DNA from: Candidatus Limnocylindria bacterium | Lineage (GTDB): Bacteria; Chloroflexota; Limnocylindria; QHBO01 | Direction: 5' to 3' | Assembly (NCBI GenBank): GCA_030146365.1 | Contig: JASLBU010000234.1 | Location: 1-61,744 of the forward strand | DNA length: 61,744 bases | In this document: positions 1-8,249 of the stretch, piece after piece | How positions within the stretch are numbered: the stretch's first letter is position 1 | Layout: each line of letters begins with the position of its first letter | Notes under the pieces: model-generated | What the model was told of the DNA's origin: nothing | Database searches by the model: none | Seen by the model: only the letters and a program-made list of their open reading frames with translations | Position numbers and translations under genes: made by a program

Positions 1-41
1 CGTCCCGAACGACGCGCGCTACCAAGCTGCGCCACGCCCCG
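1..41 (-). tRNA. 5' part of tRNA-Pro (anticodon CGG), truncated by the window edge
   Basis: The reverse complement of 1-41 is CGGGGCGTGGCGCAGCTTGGTAGCGCGCGTCGTTCGGGACG. The acceptor and D-arm are almost identical to the complete tRNA-Pro at 40614-40690. The anticodon loop TTCGGGA gives CGG. The 3' half lies outside the window. Confidence 0.6.
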
Positions 42-100
42 ACCGAAGGGCGGCATCGTAACAGGCGGCGCGAGCATCGGTCCAACGGCAACCGGCCGCC

Positions 101-106
101 TATGAT
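101..106 (+). promoter_or_regulatory. Candidate -10 box TATGAT, 9 nt upstream of the ATG at 116 (near-leaderless)
   Basis: A TANNNT hexamer sits directly upstream of the start codon with no Shine-Dalgarno sequence between them. The same layout recurs at other operon-first genes in the window. Confidence 0.3.
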
Positions 107-115
107 CCGCGCGAC

Positions 116-1267
116 ATGCGAACGCTTCCGATCGGCCAGCATGACGAACTGCTCCTGGGGTGGACCATGCTCGCGAAGGCGGCGGTCCTCTTCGTCGGCT
201 TCATGGCCCTGTGGGCGGCCACCGCGGGCATCCCCGGCCCGCTTGACCCGTGGCACCGGTGGGATGCACCGCACTACACCGACATCGCGATCTGGGGCTA
301 CATGGCCCACGATCCGGGCACATTGACCTACCCGGGGTATCGGCAGGATTTCCCGGGTGACCTCGACCTCTACATCGTCTTCTTCCCGCTCTACCCGTGG
401 CTCGTCGGTGCCGTGAATGCGGTTCTGGGCCTTCCGGTTGTGTCGGCATTCGTGGTCAGCACGCTGGCGTCACTGTTCGTCGCGCCACTCCTCTACCGCC
501 TGGTATCCGTGGACCTCGGTCCTCGCGCGGGGCTCTGGGCGGCCGGCTTCCTCCTGATCTTTCCGACGGCGTACTTCCTCCACATCGGCTACACGGAGTC
601 GCTGTTCCTGGCGCTGGCGTTCGGTTCGCTCTGGCTGGCAAGGACCGACCGGTGGTGGGCGGCGGGGTTGTTGGGCGGGCTCGCGGCGCTGACCCGCGCC
701 AACGGTCTCGTCTTGATCCCGGCGCTCGCCGTGGAGGCCTACCTGCAGTGGCGCCTCACACGCCGGTTCGACGTGCGCTGGCCGGTCGCGCTCGCGGCCG
801 TCGCGATTGGCTTCGGGATCTACCTGGGCGTCAACGTCGCGGTGTACGGCGACCCGCTCGCCTTCAGCGAGATCCAGCGCTCGCACTGGTTCAAGGATCT
901 CTCGCCTCCGTGGGAGGGCATCGAGGGCATGCTCGGCTGGACGCGAAACGAGGACCCGGATACCGCCCTCATGCTCGGCTGGATGGAGCTGCTGTTCACC
1001 CTGATGGGGCTGCTGGCCACGGTCGCGACCGCGATCTGGCTCCGGCCGACCTGGGCGGCGTGGATGGCGGGGAACTGGCTGCTGATCGTGGGCACCGGCT
1101 TCGTGATGAGCGTGCCTCGCTACAGCCTGGTCCTGTTCGGCGTGATGGCATGGGCCGGGCTGGCGGCCGAGCGGTGGAGAGTCGTCGGCTGGCTGTTGGC
1201 GGCCGGGTCACTCGCCGCGATGGTGTACTTCACCTGGCGGTTCGGGGCGGGGCGCTGGGCGTTCTGA
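116..1267 (+). CDS. Integral-membrane GT-C-type glycosyl/mannosyltransferase (PIG-V / mannosyltransferase-2-like)
   Basis: The 383-aa ORF has many hydrophobic helices. The first loop motif HRWDAPHYTDIAIWGY resembles the WD..Y..IA..GY loop of the PIG-V family. Coding-like composition is seen only in this frame. Confidence 0.6.
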   Translation: MRTLPIGQHDELLLGWTMLAKAAVLFVGFMALWAATAGIPGPLDPWHRWDAPHYTDIAIWGYMAHDPGTLTYPGYRQDFPGDLDLYIVFFPLYPWLVGAVNAVLGLPVVSAFVVSTLASLFVAPLLYRLVSVDLGPRAGLWAAGFLLIFPTAYFLHIGYTESLFLALAFGSLWLARTDRWWAAGLLGGLAALTRANGLVLIPALAVEAYLQWRLTRRFDVRWPVALAAVAIGFGIYLGVNVAVYGDPLAFSEIQRSHWFKDLSPPWEGIEGMLGWTRNEDPDTALMLGWMELLFTLMGLLATVATAIWLRPTWAAWMAGNWLLIVGTGFVMSVPRYSLVLFGVMAWAGLAAERWRVVGWLLAAGSLAAMVYFTWRFGAGRWAF

Positions 1268-1617
1268 GCGCTCCGGGCATGCAAATGTCCTGAAGGAACC
1301 GCGGCGATCGTTGAGGCGATCTCGGACCGACCAGCTGCCCCTTCAGGACCTCCTCATCATCGTTCCGGGGACCGGCATGCGCAAGCCGTCCTGTCCACAA
1401 CTTCGGGATCGGCGCACCGGGTTATCCACGTCCTGTCCCCATCCCACATGGCCGGCGCGTGCCCCTTGAAACCTTTCCGGGACGGGGGGCGCTCTACGAG
1501 CGTCCATCCCATGGGTTGGGCCGTGGGCCTGTTGCCGTCCACGCGCCGCGCAGCCTCCGAACCGTCCCATCACGCCAGGCGCGGCATGGCGGGTGGCGGG
1601 GATGATCGCTACGGCGT

Positions 1618-3120
1618 TCACCGGCGACTGCGGTCGTCGACCACCTCGGTGACCGCGTGGCGTGCCGCCCGGAGCCAGGCTCCATCGACGTCCGCGACCG
1701 GGACGCTCGTCGCCAGGTATCCGTCCGGGCGGACGAGCCATGCCCGGTCGTTCCCGTAGACGGAGCCCGTGCCGATGACGACCACGGGGAGGACGGCCTC
1801 GACCGGCACCGGGGCCACCACGACGAAGCCGGCCCCAAGGCGCTCGCGCAGACGGCCCTTGGAGCCGAGACTCACGTCCGGCGCCACCGTCCCGTGGCGG
1901 GGCAGCCGGGCGTCGTCCGGACCGGCCGCGGGGTAGCGCGCCGGTTCAGCCAGCCGGCCGGAGTTCACGCGGCGCCGGAACCACGCCGACCAGGGCGCCA
2001 GGCGGAGGACGACGTCGCGCCATGCACGCCGGATGAGCCCATGGGGCGCCATGAACCGCATGGTGGCCGCGGTGGCAGCCAGGTTGTCCAGGGCGGCGGC
2101 GCGGCGTTCCACCTCGTAGCCCTCCAGGAGCCGGGCCGGCGCGCCGTGCTTCACGACCCACGCCAACCGCCAGGCGAGGTTCTCGGCATCGGCCACGCCT
2201 GAGTTCAGCCCACGCGCCCCGAACGGCGACATGACGTGCGCGGCGTCCCCGGCCAGGAACACCCGGCCCTGCCTGAATCGGTCCGCGACCCGCTGGCTGA
2301 AGCGATAGGCCGTCAGCCACACCAGCTCGTATGGCGTGGTCTCCCCCACGACCTGGCGGATGCGGCGGTCGAGCCGCCCGTTCGAGCGCTCGGCGTCGAC
2401 ATCGGTGTGGGGCGGGACCTGCCAGTCGATGCGCCACACGCCATCCGGCTGAGGGTGGATCAGCACCTGGCGCCCGGGGTTCCAGGGCGGATCGAAGTGG
2501 AAGTGCCGCTCGTTCGTGAACGCCAGGTCGGCTCGCACGTCGGCGATCAGGAACCGGTCGTCGAACGTCGAGCCCGGAAAGCCGGTGCCGGTCGCGTGGC
2601 GCGTCACGGAGTGCGCGCCGTCGGCACCGACCACCCACGCGAACCGCTCCTCGAGGACGCCGTCGGGGGTGGCGAGCGTGATATCGACGCCACCGTCGTC
2701 CTGGCGCAGGCCGGTGAGCCCGTGCCCCCTGCGAACCCGCACGCCGAGCTCCTCCAGCCGGCCTTCGAGCACCTCCTCCACCTCCGACTGGCTGATGTTC
2801 ACGAATGGCGGGAAGTGCTCGTCGCTGGTCGACAGCCGGACTTCGAAGAGCTCTCGTCCGCGGTACCACGTGCGGCCCACCTGCCACCGAACGCCACGCT
2901 CCGCGATGCGATCCCCCACGCCGATGCGCGCCCAGATCTCCAGCGTTTCGCGCTGCATGCAGATCGCCTTTGAGCCGATGCGCCGCGGCTCCACTTCCGC
3001 CTCGAAGACCGCCACGCCGACGCCGTGCTGTGCCAGCCGCGCGGCGAGCGTCAGGCCGACCGCTCCCGCGCCGATGACCGCGACCCGCGGCTCAGTCCGT
3101 GAGTGCGTCCCAGACCTCAC
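1618..3120 (-). CDS. FAD-dependent aromatic-ring monooxygenase (PheA/TfdB/MhpA-like)
   Basis: It has the dinucleotide fold VAVIGAGAVGLTLAARL, the DGAHSVTR motif and FLAGDAAHVMSPFGARGLNSGVADAENLAWRL. The ORF-track entry 1618..3597 carries an Arg/Ser-rich N-extension that overlaps the upstream MBL gene. The in-frame GTG at 3120 is the first plausible start. Confidence 0.8.
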   Translation of the reverse strand: MRSGTHSRTEPRVAVIGAGAVGLTLAARLAQHGVGVAVFEAEVEPRRIGSKAICMQRETLEIWARIGVGDRIAERGVRWQVGRTWYRGRELFEVRLSTSDEHFPPFVNISQSEVEEVLEGRLEELGVRVRRGHGLTGLRQDDGGVDITLATPDGVLEERFAWVVGADGAHSVTRHATGTGFPGSTFDDRFLIADVRADLAFTNERHFHFDPPWNPGRQVLIHPQPDGVWRIDWQVPPHTDVDAERSNGRLDRRIRQVVGETTPYELVWLTAYRFSQRVADRFRQGRVFLAGDAAHVMSPFGARGLNSGVADAENLAWRLAWVVKHGAPARLLEGYEVERRAAALDNLAATAATMRFMAPHGLIRRAWRDVVLRLAPWSAWFRRRVNSGRLAEPARYPAAGPDDARLPRHGTVAPDVSLGSKGRLRERLGAGFVVVAPVPVEAVLPVVVIGTGSVYGNDRAWLVRPDGYLATSVPVADVDGAWLRAARHAVTEVVDDRSRR

Positions 3121-4045
3121 GGTCCCGTTCGGCCGTCCAGATGCGGGGATGCTCGATGCCGTCGAGCTCGTCCCAGGCGCGCTGCACGTTGAACGGCATG
3201 GTGTGTTCGAAGATCGGGAAGCCCGCGTAGCGCGGGGCGAGCTGCCCGTGGACCCCCTCGAACGCCTCGCGCAGCGTGCCGCCAGCGTCTCGGACCGAGC
3301 GCGTGCCGGCGAGGGTGGTGCGGACGAATGCCCGGGTATCGTCGATGGCCGTTCCGACGGCGTCGCCGCGCACCACCGGCCCGCGACCGCCGACGAGCTG
3401 ATCGGCATCCAGCGCCGCCACGGCATCCAGGGTCGACGTGGACCACTCCGCCGGATACGAGTCGCCCATGTAGGGGGCGGCCTGCGCCTCCACCAGGTCG
3501 CCGGCGAACAGGATGCGCTCCTCCGGCAGCCACACCACGATGTCCCCGCTGGTGTGCCCGCGCCCGAGGTACCGCAGCTCGACCGTCCGATCACCAAGCT
3601 CGAGGCGCATCACCTCGTCGAACGTGTACGTCGGATGCGTCAGGCCGGGGATCGTCTCGGCACCGGCGAACAGGCGCGGCATGCGGCCTTGTTCGCTGGT
3701 CCAGTCCTGTTGCCCGCGCTCTTGGATGAGGGCCTTCGTGTTTGCGTGCGCGATCACGCGGCGCGCGCGAAAGGCACTTGCACCCAGTGTCCGGACGGCG
3801 TGATAGTGGGTGAGCACCAGGTCGCCGAAGGGCAGGCCGCTGATCCGCGCACGGATCACGTCGATCCACTTCTGCGCCATGAACGGCGTCGCGCGGGCCT
3901 CGATGGCGAGGACCGCATCGGTCCCGACGATGCACCCGACGTTCGGGTCGCCCTCCGCCGTGAACGCGAACACCCCCTCGGCCAGCTGCTCGATGGTCGC
4001 CTGCTTCTCCTCGAGATCCGCCGATGAGGCGAACGGCTTCGGCAT
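3092..4045 (-). CDS. MBL-fold metallo-hydrolase
   Basis: It contains LVLTHYHAVRTLG (an HxHxD-type region), GHTSGDIVVWLPEERILFAGDLVE and typical beta-lactamase-fold spacing. I chose the ATG at 4045 because TACCAT lies 6 nt upstream. An in-frame ATG at 4084 is an alternative start. Confidence 0.75.
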   Translation of the reverse strand: MPKPFASSADLEEKQATIEQLAEGVFAFTAEGDPNVGCIVGTDAVLAIEARATPFMAQKWIDVIRARISGLPFGDLVLTHYHAVRTLGASAFRARRVIAHANTKALIQERGQQDWTSEQGRMPRLFAGAETIPGLTHPTYTFDEVMRLELGDRTVELRYLGRGHTSGDIVVWLPEERILFAGDLVEAQAAPYMGDSYPAEWSTSTLDAVAALDADQLVGGRGPVVRGDAVGTAIDDTRAFVRTTLAGTRSVRDAGGTLREAFEGVHGQLAPRYAGFPIFEHTMPFNVQRAWDELDGIEHPRIWTAERDREVWDALTD

Positions 4046-4154
4046 GCCCAGATGGTACCCGGGAAATGGCACGCTTACGGTCATGGTTTTTCGGCGTGAT
4101 CCACAGGGCTTCGATTCGGTACGATTGGGTCCGTTTCTGCGCCCCGAGGAGCTC

Positions 4155-4685
4155 ATGGGACCCAGCCGACGCATCGTCCTGCTCGCCACCTGCCTGTCGC
4201 TCGCGATCGTTGGCAGTGTCGTCCCCCCGCCATCCGCCATCCGCGGCGGCACGACCCACCAGGTCGAGATCGTCGATTTCGCCTTTCACCCGCCATCGAT
4301 CACGATCACGGCAGGAGACACGGTGACCTGGACGAATGCCGATGCGGTGGCACACACGGCAACGAGTACGTCTGGCGTCTTCGATTCCGGAGCCCTGGAG
4401 CAGGGCCAGTCGTACAGCTTCACCTTCTCAATGCCCGGAACCTACGCCTATCTGTGCACGCCTCACCCGGCGATGACCGGTGAGGTCGTCGTGCTCCCGG
4501 CAACCGTCCCGACGGCCCCGCCTGCTGCCTCTCCCGCGCCATCATCGGGCGCCCTCCCCGATGTCGCGATGCAACCACCGAACAAGCCCGGGCCGCCGGG
4601 CGGCGTCGGCCTGTACGCGGCCGCCGGCATCCTGGCCGCGGCGCTGACGGTCCGACGAGTTGCCCGGCGCTGCAACGGGCACTGA
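4155..4685 (+). CDS. Secreted/membrane-anchored cupredoxin (plastocyanin/amicyanin-like blue copper protein)
   Basis: There is an N-terminal signal/TM segment, then TITAGDTVTWTNADAVAHTATS and the Cu ligands in YLCTPHPAM (C-x2-H-x2-M). The C-terminus has a Pro-rich linker plus a hydrophobic tail. GAGGAG lies 4 nt upstream of the ATG at 4155. Confidence 0.8.
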   Translation: MGPSRRIVLLATCLSLAIVGSVVPPPSAIRGGTTHQVEIVDFAFHPPSITITAGDTVTWTNADAVAHTATSTSGVFDSGALEQGQSYSFTFSMPGTYAYLCTPHPAMTGEVVVLPATVPTAPPAASPAPSSGALPDVAMQPPNKPGPPGGVGLYAAAGILAAALTVRRVARRCNGH

Positions 4686-4758
4686 CAGTCTCACGCCGAG
4701 GATCGGAGTGTTCGCGGGGGCGGCACGAGGTCGCGGAGTGCCCGGCGCGGTGCCAGCG

Positions 4759-6363
4759 TCACGGCACCGGCAGATCGACCACCCGAGCGTCGAGAATGCC
4801 GGCAACCCCCTGAAGGCGCCCGAGCACCGATGGACCGACCGGGTCATCCACCGAGACGAACATCATTGCCTCACCGCGCTCGGAAAGACGTGACAGCTCC
4901 AGCGAACTGATGTTGATGTCGGCATCCGCAAGGATCGTCCCCACCGCGCCGACGACGCCGGGACGGTCGTGGTGGCGTGTCACCAGCATGAGGCCCGTCA
5001 ACTCCGCATCGATCGTGAAGCCGTCCACCTCGGCGAGATGGGGTCGGCCGTGTGCGGTGGACCCCGCGAGGCGCAGAACCCCACGCTCGTCGGCTGCGCC
5101 GATGCTGAGCTTGACCAATGAAGCCCACGGCTCCGACGAAGGCGTCCGCTCCTCGCGGACGAGGAGGCCGCGGTCACCGGCCACGACATCGGCGTTCACC
5201 GCATTTACCCGCTGGTCCGTGACCGCTTCCAGGATGCCCGCCAGAGCTGCAGTGCGGATCGGCGCGCACTCCTCCGCGGCGATCTCTCCGGCGTACGTGA
5301 GCGCAATCGTGTCGAAGGCGGACGGCGCCAGCTGCCTCGCAAGGATGGCGAGCCGGCGCCCGAGCTCCACGTACGGGCGCAGCCGCGGCGCCGTGTCGGT
5401 CGCGATCGCCGGGGCGTTCACTGCGTAGGGCGGAGTGACGCCGCCGAGGGCCATGACGACCTGCTCGGCCATCTCGATGCCGACCCGGTCCTGGGCCTCG
5501 GCGGTCGAGGCTCCCAGGTGGGGCGTGAGGACCACGTTTGGGGCCGTTCGGAGCGGGTTGTCGTGCGCCATCGGCTCCGACGAAAAGACATCGATCGCGG
5601 CGCCCGCCAGGTGGCCCGCCCGGAGCGCATCAGCCATGGCCCGCTCATCGACCAGCCCGCCGCGGGCAACGTTGAGGATGAAGGCGCCGGGCTTGGTCGC
5701 ATCCAGCTGCGCCCGTCCAAGCATTCCGCGGGTTTGCGGCGTGAGCGGCGTGTGGATGGTGATCACGTCCGCCCGGTGAAGCACCTCGGCCAAGCCGACG
5801 AGCTTCGCCCCATGCTCGGCCGCCTGCTCCTCGGTGAGGTACGGGTCATTCGTCAGGATGCGCATCTCGAAGCCGGCTGCACGACGTGCCACCGCCTTGC
5901 CGATCTTTCCAAGGCCGATGATTCCCAGCGTCTTGCCGCGCAGCTCGCGTCCGGTGAAGGCGGCGCGTTCCCAGTCGCCGCGCCGTACCGAGTCGTTTGC
6001 TTCGGGGACGTGGCGGAGAAGCGCCAGCATCAGCGCCATGGTGTGCTCCGCCGCGGCGATCGTGTTGCCTGTCGGAGCATTCACGATCATCACCCCCGCG
6101 CGGGTGGCCGCCTCCACGTCGATTCGGTCGATGCCGACGCTTGCCACTCCGACGACGCTCAGCCTCGGCTCCGCGGCAGCCAGTAGCTCGGCGTCGACGC
6201 GAGTCTGCGAGCGGACGACGATGGCGTCCCACCCGTTGCCCTCGGCCAGCAATCCGAGCAGCGCTTCACGCGTCAACCCCGGCCGCAGCTCCGTCTCGTG
6301 CGCTGTGGAGAGCATGTCGATGGCGGCAGCCGCCACCGGTTCCGCGATCAGGATGCGTGACAT
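4759..6363 (-). CDS. serA: D-3-phosphoglycerate dehydrogenase (long form with ASB/ACT C-terminal domains)
   Basis: MSRILIAEP..., the NAD motif GIIGLGKIGKAVARR, the catalytic region NVARGGLVDE...DVF..EP and HLGAST, plus a C-terminal ACT-like domain. The start at 6363 is preceded by TAGACT and a 7-nt spacer. Confidence 0.9.
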   Translation of the reverse strand: MSRILIAEPVAAAAIDMLSTAHETELRPGLTREALLGLLAEGNGWDAIVVRSQTRVDAELLAAAEPRLSVVGVASVGIDRIDVEAATRAGVMIVNAPTGNTIAAAEHTMALMLALLRHVPEANDSVRRGDWERAAFTGRELRGKTLGIIGLGKIGKAVARRAAGFEMRILTNDPYLTEEQAAEHGAKLVGLAEVLHRADVITIHTPLTPQTRGMLGRAQLDATKPGAFILNVARGGLVDERAMADALRAGHLAGAAIDVFSSEPMAHDNPLRTAPNVVLTPHLGASTAEAQDRVGIEMAEQVVMALGGVTPPYAVNAPAIATDTAPRLRPYVELGRRLAILARQLAPSAFDTIALTYAGEIAAEECAPIRTAALAGILEAVTDQRVNAVNADVVAGDRGLLVREERTPSSEPWASLVKLSIGAADERGVLRLAGSTAHGRPHLAEVDGFTIDAELTGLMLVTRHHDRPGVVGAVGTILADADINISSLELSRLSERGEAMMFVSVDDPVGPSVLGRLQGVAGILDARVVDLPVP

Positions 6364-6370
6364 GCGCCCG

Positions 6371-6376
6371 AGTCTA
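6371..6376 (-). promoter_or_regulatory. Candidate -10 box TAGACT for a leaderless serA transcript
   Basis: The hexamer ends 7 nt upstream of the serA ATG (6363) and there is no SD. It lies in the 53-bp divergent spacer shared with ppa, which has CATACT 6 nt before its GTG at 6417. Confidence 0.35.
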
Positions 6377-6416
6377 CCCGCCGGTGGACTCGCGACCCGT
6401 CGAGCATACTGTCGGC

Positions 6417-6941
6417 GTGGACCCCGCCGTACGTGCGCCAATCGAGGTCGTCGTTGAGATTCCCTCGGGGAGCCGCAACAAGTACGAGTACGACCACGCG
6501 CGGCACCGGTTCGTGCTCGACCGGATCCTCTACTCGAGCGTGCACTACCCAGCCGACTACGGTTTCATCGAGGGGTCGATGGCCGAGGATGGTGACCCTC
6601 TCGACGTGCTGGTTCTGATTGCCGAGCCGACCTTCCCCGGATGCGTCGTGCGCGCCAGACCCATCGGCGTGCTGGACATGACCGATGACAAGGGACACGA
6701 CTACAAGATCCTCTCCGTCGCCCACGACGACCCGCGTTGGGAGCGCGTGTGGAGCATGGAGGACCTCGCGCCGCATCGACTTCGCGAGATCGAGAACTTC
6801 TTCGAGACCTACAAGACGCTCGAGGGCCGCCTGAGCCGCGTGGAGGGATGGCTCGGCATCGACGACGCCTGGCGGATCATCCAGGCGGCGATCATTGCGG
6901 GTGGTGAACCGCCCATTGCGCAGCCCGGCACCTGGCGCTGA
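6417..6941 (+). CDS. ppa: Inorganic pyrophosphatase (family I)
   Basis: IEVVVEIPSGSRNKYEYD, YPADYGFIEGSMAEDGDPLDVLVL and DDKGHDYKILSV are diagnostic. The GTG at 6417 is in frame and gives a normal ~174-aa length. Confidence 0.9.
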   Translation: MDPAVRAPIEVVVEIPSGSRNKYEYDHARHRFVLDRILYSSVHYPADYGFIEGSMAEDGDPLDVLVLIAEPTFPGCVVRARPIGVLDMTDDKGHDYKILSVAHDDPRWERVWSMEDLAPHRLREIENFFETYKTLEGRLSRVEGWLGIDDAWRIIQAAIIAGGEPPIAQPGTWR

Positions 6942-6953
6942 GCTGCCCGGCGG

Positions 6954-8249
6954 TCACTGGAGGCCGCGATGCAGGAACGCCGTCATCTGGCCGCGTGTGA
7001 CCGGCGCCCGCGGACAGAACCGGTCGCTCGCGCATCCGGCCGTCACGCCCGCCGCCGCGATGCGGTTGATGTCGGCCTCATGCGCCGACGCGTCGTCATC
7101 GCTGAAGAAGTCCCTCGCCTCGGGGGGCAGATCAAGCGCTCGGGCCAGGAAGCTGGCCATCTGTTCGCGCGTCACCATCCCGCGTGGGCAGAAGCGACCC
7201 GGGCCGCAGCCGGCGCTGATGCCGGCCTCCGCAACGCGGTTGATGTCACCCTGGTGCGACGATCCGCTGTCATCACTGAAGTAGTCCCCCGTAGCTGCCG
7301 GAAGCCGCAGCGCGCGGGCAAGGAAGCTGGCCATCTGTTCGCGCGTGACCGGGTTGCTCGTGCAGAACAGGTTCGGAGCGCAGCCGACGGTGATGCCCTC
7401 CTGGTACGCCCAGGCAATGTCGCTCCTGAAGATCGAGGACTCGATGTCGTTGATACAGGTGCGGCCGTTGCCCTCCACGGTCACCGCCGACGACGATCCG
7501 ATGCGCACCCGGGCCCAGGCGCACTGGTTGGTGTCGTCCGATTCCGAGAAGAATCCGTACGGATCCACGGTGGCACGAACGTAGTACGTGCCCGCCGGCA
7601 CGTTGGTGATGTCGACCCACTGCCACGCCAGGTAGTACTCGTACTGGTCGCCCCATCCCACGCTGATCCCCATCCGGTTGCTGAGCGCGCCAGAACTCGT
7701 CCCGCACATCGTGCCGCGGTAGTACGACCCGTTGTAGCCGGGGAGCGATGTGGCCCACGGGTGCGAGTCGAGGAAGCAGAAGCCGACCTTCGCACCGCGG
7801 AAGGTGCCACTGCTCCCCCACATGTCGTATCGCATCATCTCGTTGACGTGCCAGTGGTCGTGCCCGTCACCGGCGTACGATGCGACCGCATCGGTCAGCG
7901 CCTGGTGAACGACCGGTGCCGTGCGCGACGTGCTGTCGTAGAAGACCTGCGTCATCTGCATGGGCGACGAGGTGTCGGGTCGGCTCCCGCGAAGCTCGAA
8001 GTGCCCCTGCCCCACGTTGACCATCATGGCCGTGAAGCGGAGTAACCGGCGACCGTTGACGACCTCGATCCTGAAGTCCCGGAGCGGGGACATGGCGAGG
8101 TCAGGCTGCAGGCCAGCGCTCGCCTGAGCCGGAGACGCGGTAGCGAAGCTGGCCCCGCCCGCGACCATCACGCCGAGGAGGTAGACAAGGACAAGAACGG
8201 GGACGCCACGCCTCGGGGAAGCTCCGCGGCGTGGCCGCCCGGGTCGCAT
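6954..8249 (-). CDS. Secreted lysyl-oxidase-like copper amine oxidase fused to a 3x SLH-like C-terminal module
   Basis: A signal peptide precedes the catalytic domain. GDGHDHWHV is an HxHxH Cu site. GAKVGFCFLDS aligns with animal LOX GHKASFCLEDT, which holds the LTQ lysine. GDQYEYYLAWQWVDITNVPAGTYY aligns with DTY..CQWIDITDV.PGNY, which holds the LTQ tyrosine. The last 164 aa are three SLH-like repeats. Confidence 0.85.
   Translation of the reverse strand: MRPGRPRRGASPRRGVPVLVLVYLLGVMVAGGASFATASPAQASAGLQPDLAMSPLRDFRIEVVNGRRLLRFTAMMVNVGQGHFELRGSRPDTSSPMQMTQVFYDSTSRTAPVVHQALTDAVASYAGDGHDHWHVNEMMRYDMWGSSGTFRGAKVGFCFLDSHPWATSLPGYNGSYYRGTMCGTSSGALSNRMGISVGWGDQYEYYLAWQWVDITNVPAGTYYVRATVDPYGFFSESDDTNQCAWARVRIGSSSAVTVEGNGRTCINDIESSIFRSDIAWAYQEGITVGCAPNLFCTSNPVTREQMASFLARALRLPAATGDYFSDDSGSSHQGDINRVAEAGISAGCGPGRFCPRGMVTREQMASFLARALDLPPEARDFFSDDDASAHEADINRIAAAGVTAGCASDRFCPRAPVTRGQMTAFLHRGLQ
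6957..7448 (-). repeat. 3x SLH-like repeat module (Cys-pair variant) at the C-terminus of the LOX-like protein
   Basis: The repeats contain [36 protein letters not shown] and GCASDRFC..VTRGQMTAFL. The period is about 174 bp. Confidence 0.8.

Noticed and set aside
1618-3597. Long N-terminal extensions in the ORF track for real genes. Examples are 1618..3597, 13245..14822, 25415..27067, 28130..29842, 34009..35490, 48059..49585, 52584..53513 and 5997..6941.
   Set aside because: The extensions overlap the upstream gene, are compositionally shadow-like, and precede the point where homology to the family begins. Internal ATG/GTG starts with coupling overlaps, SD or -10 boxes give family-typical lengths.
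6954-8249. Reading the His-rich GDGHDHWH site of the 6954-8249 protein as a multicopper oxidase, tyrosinase or generic metalloprotease.
   Set aside because: There are no multicopper oxidase HxH...HxH quartets and no HExxH. The whole stretch, including the Lys and Tyr contexts, is collinear with the lysyl oxidase catalytic domain instead.
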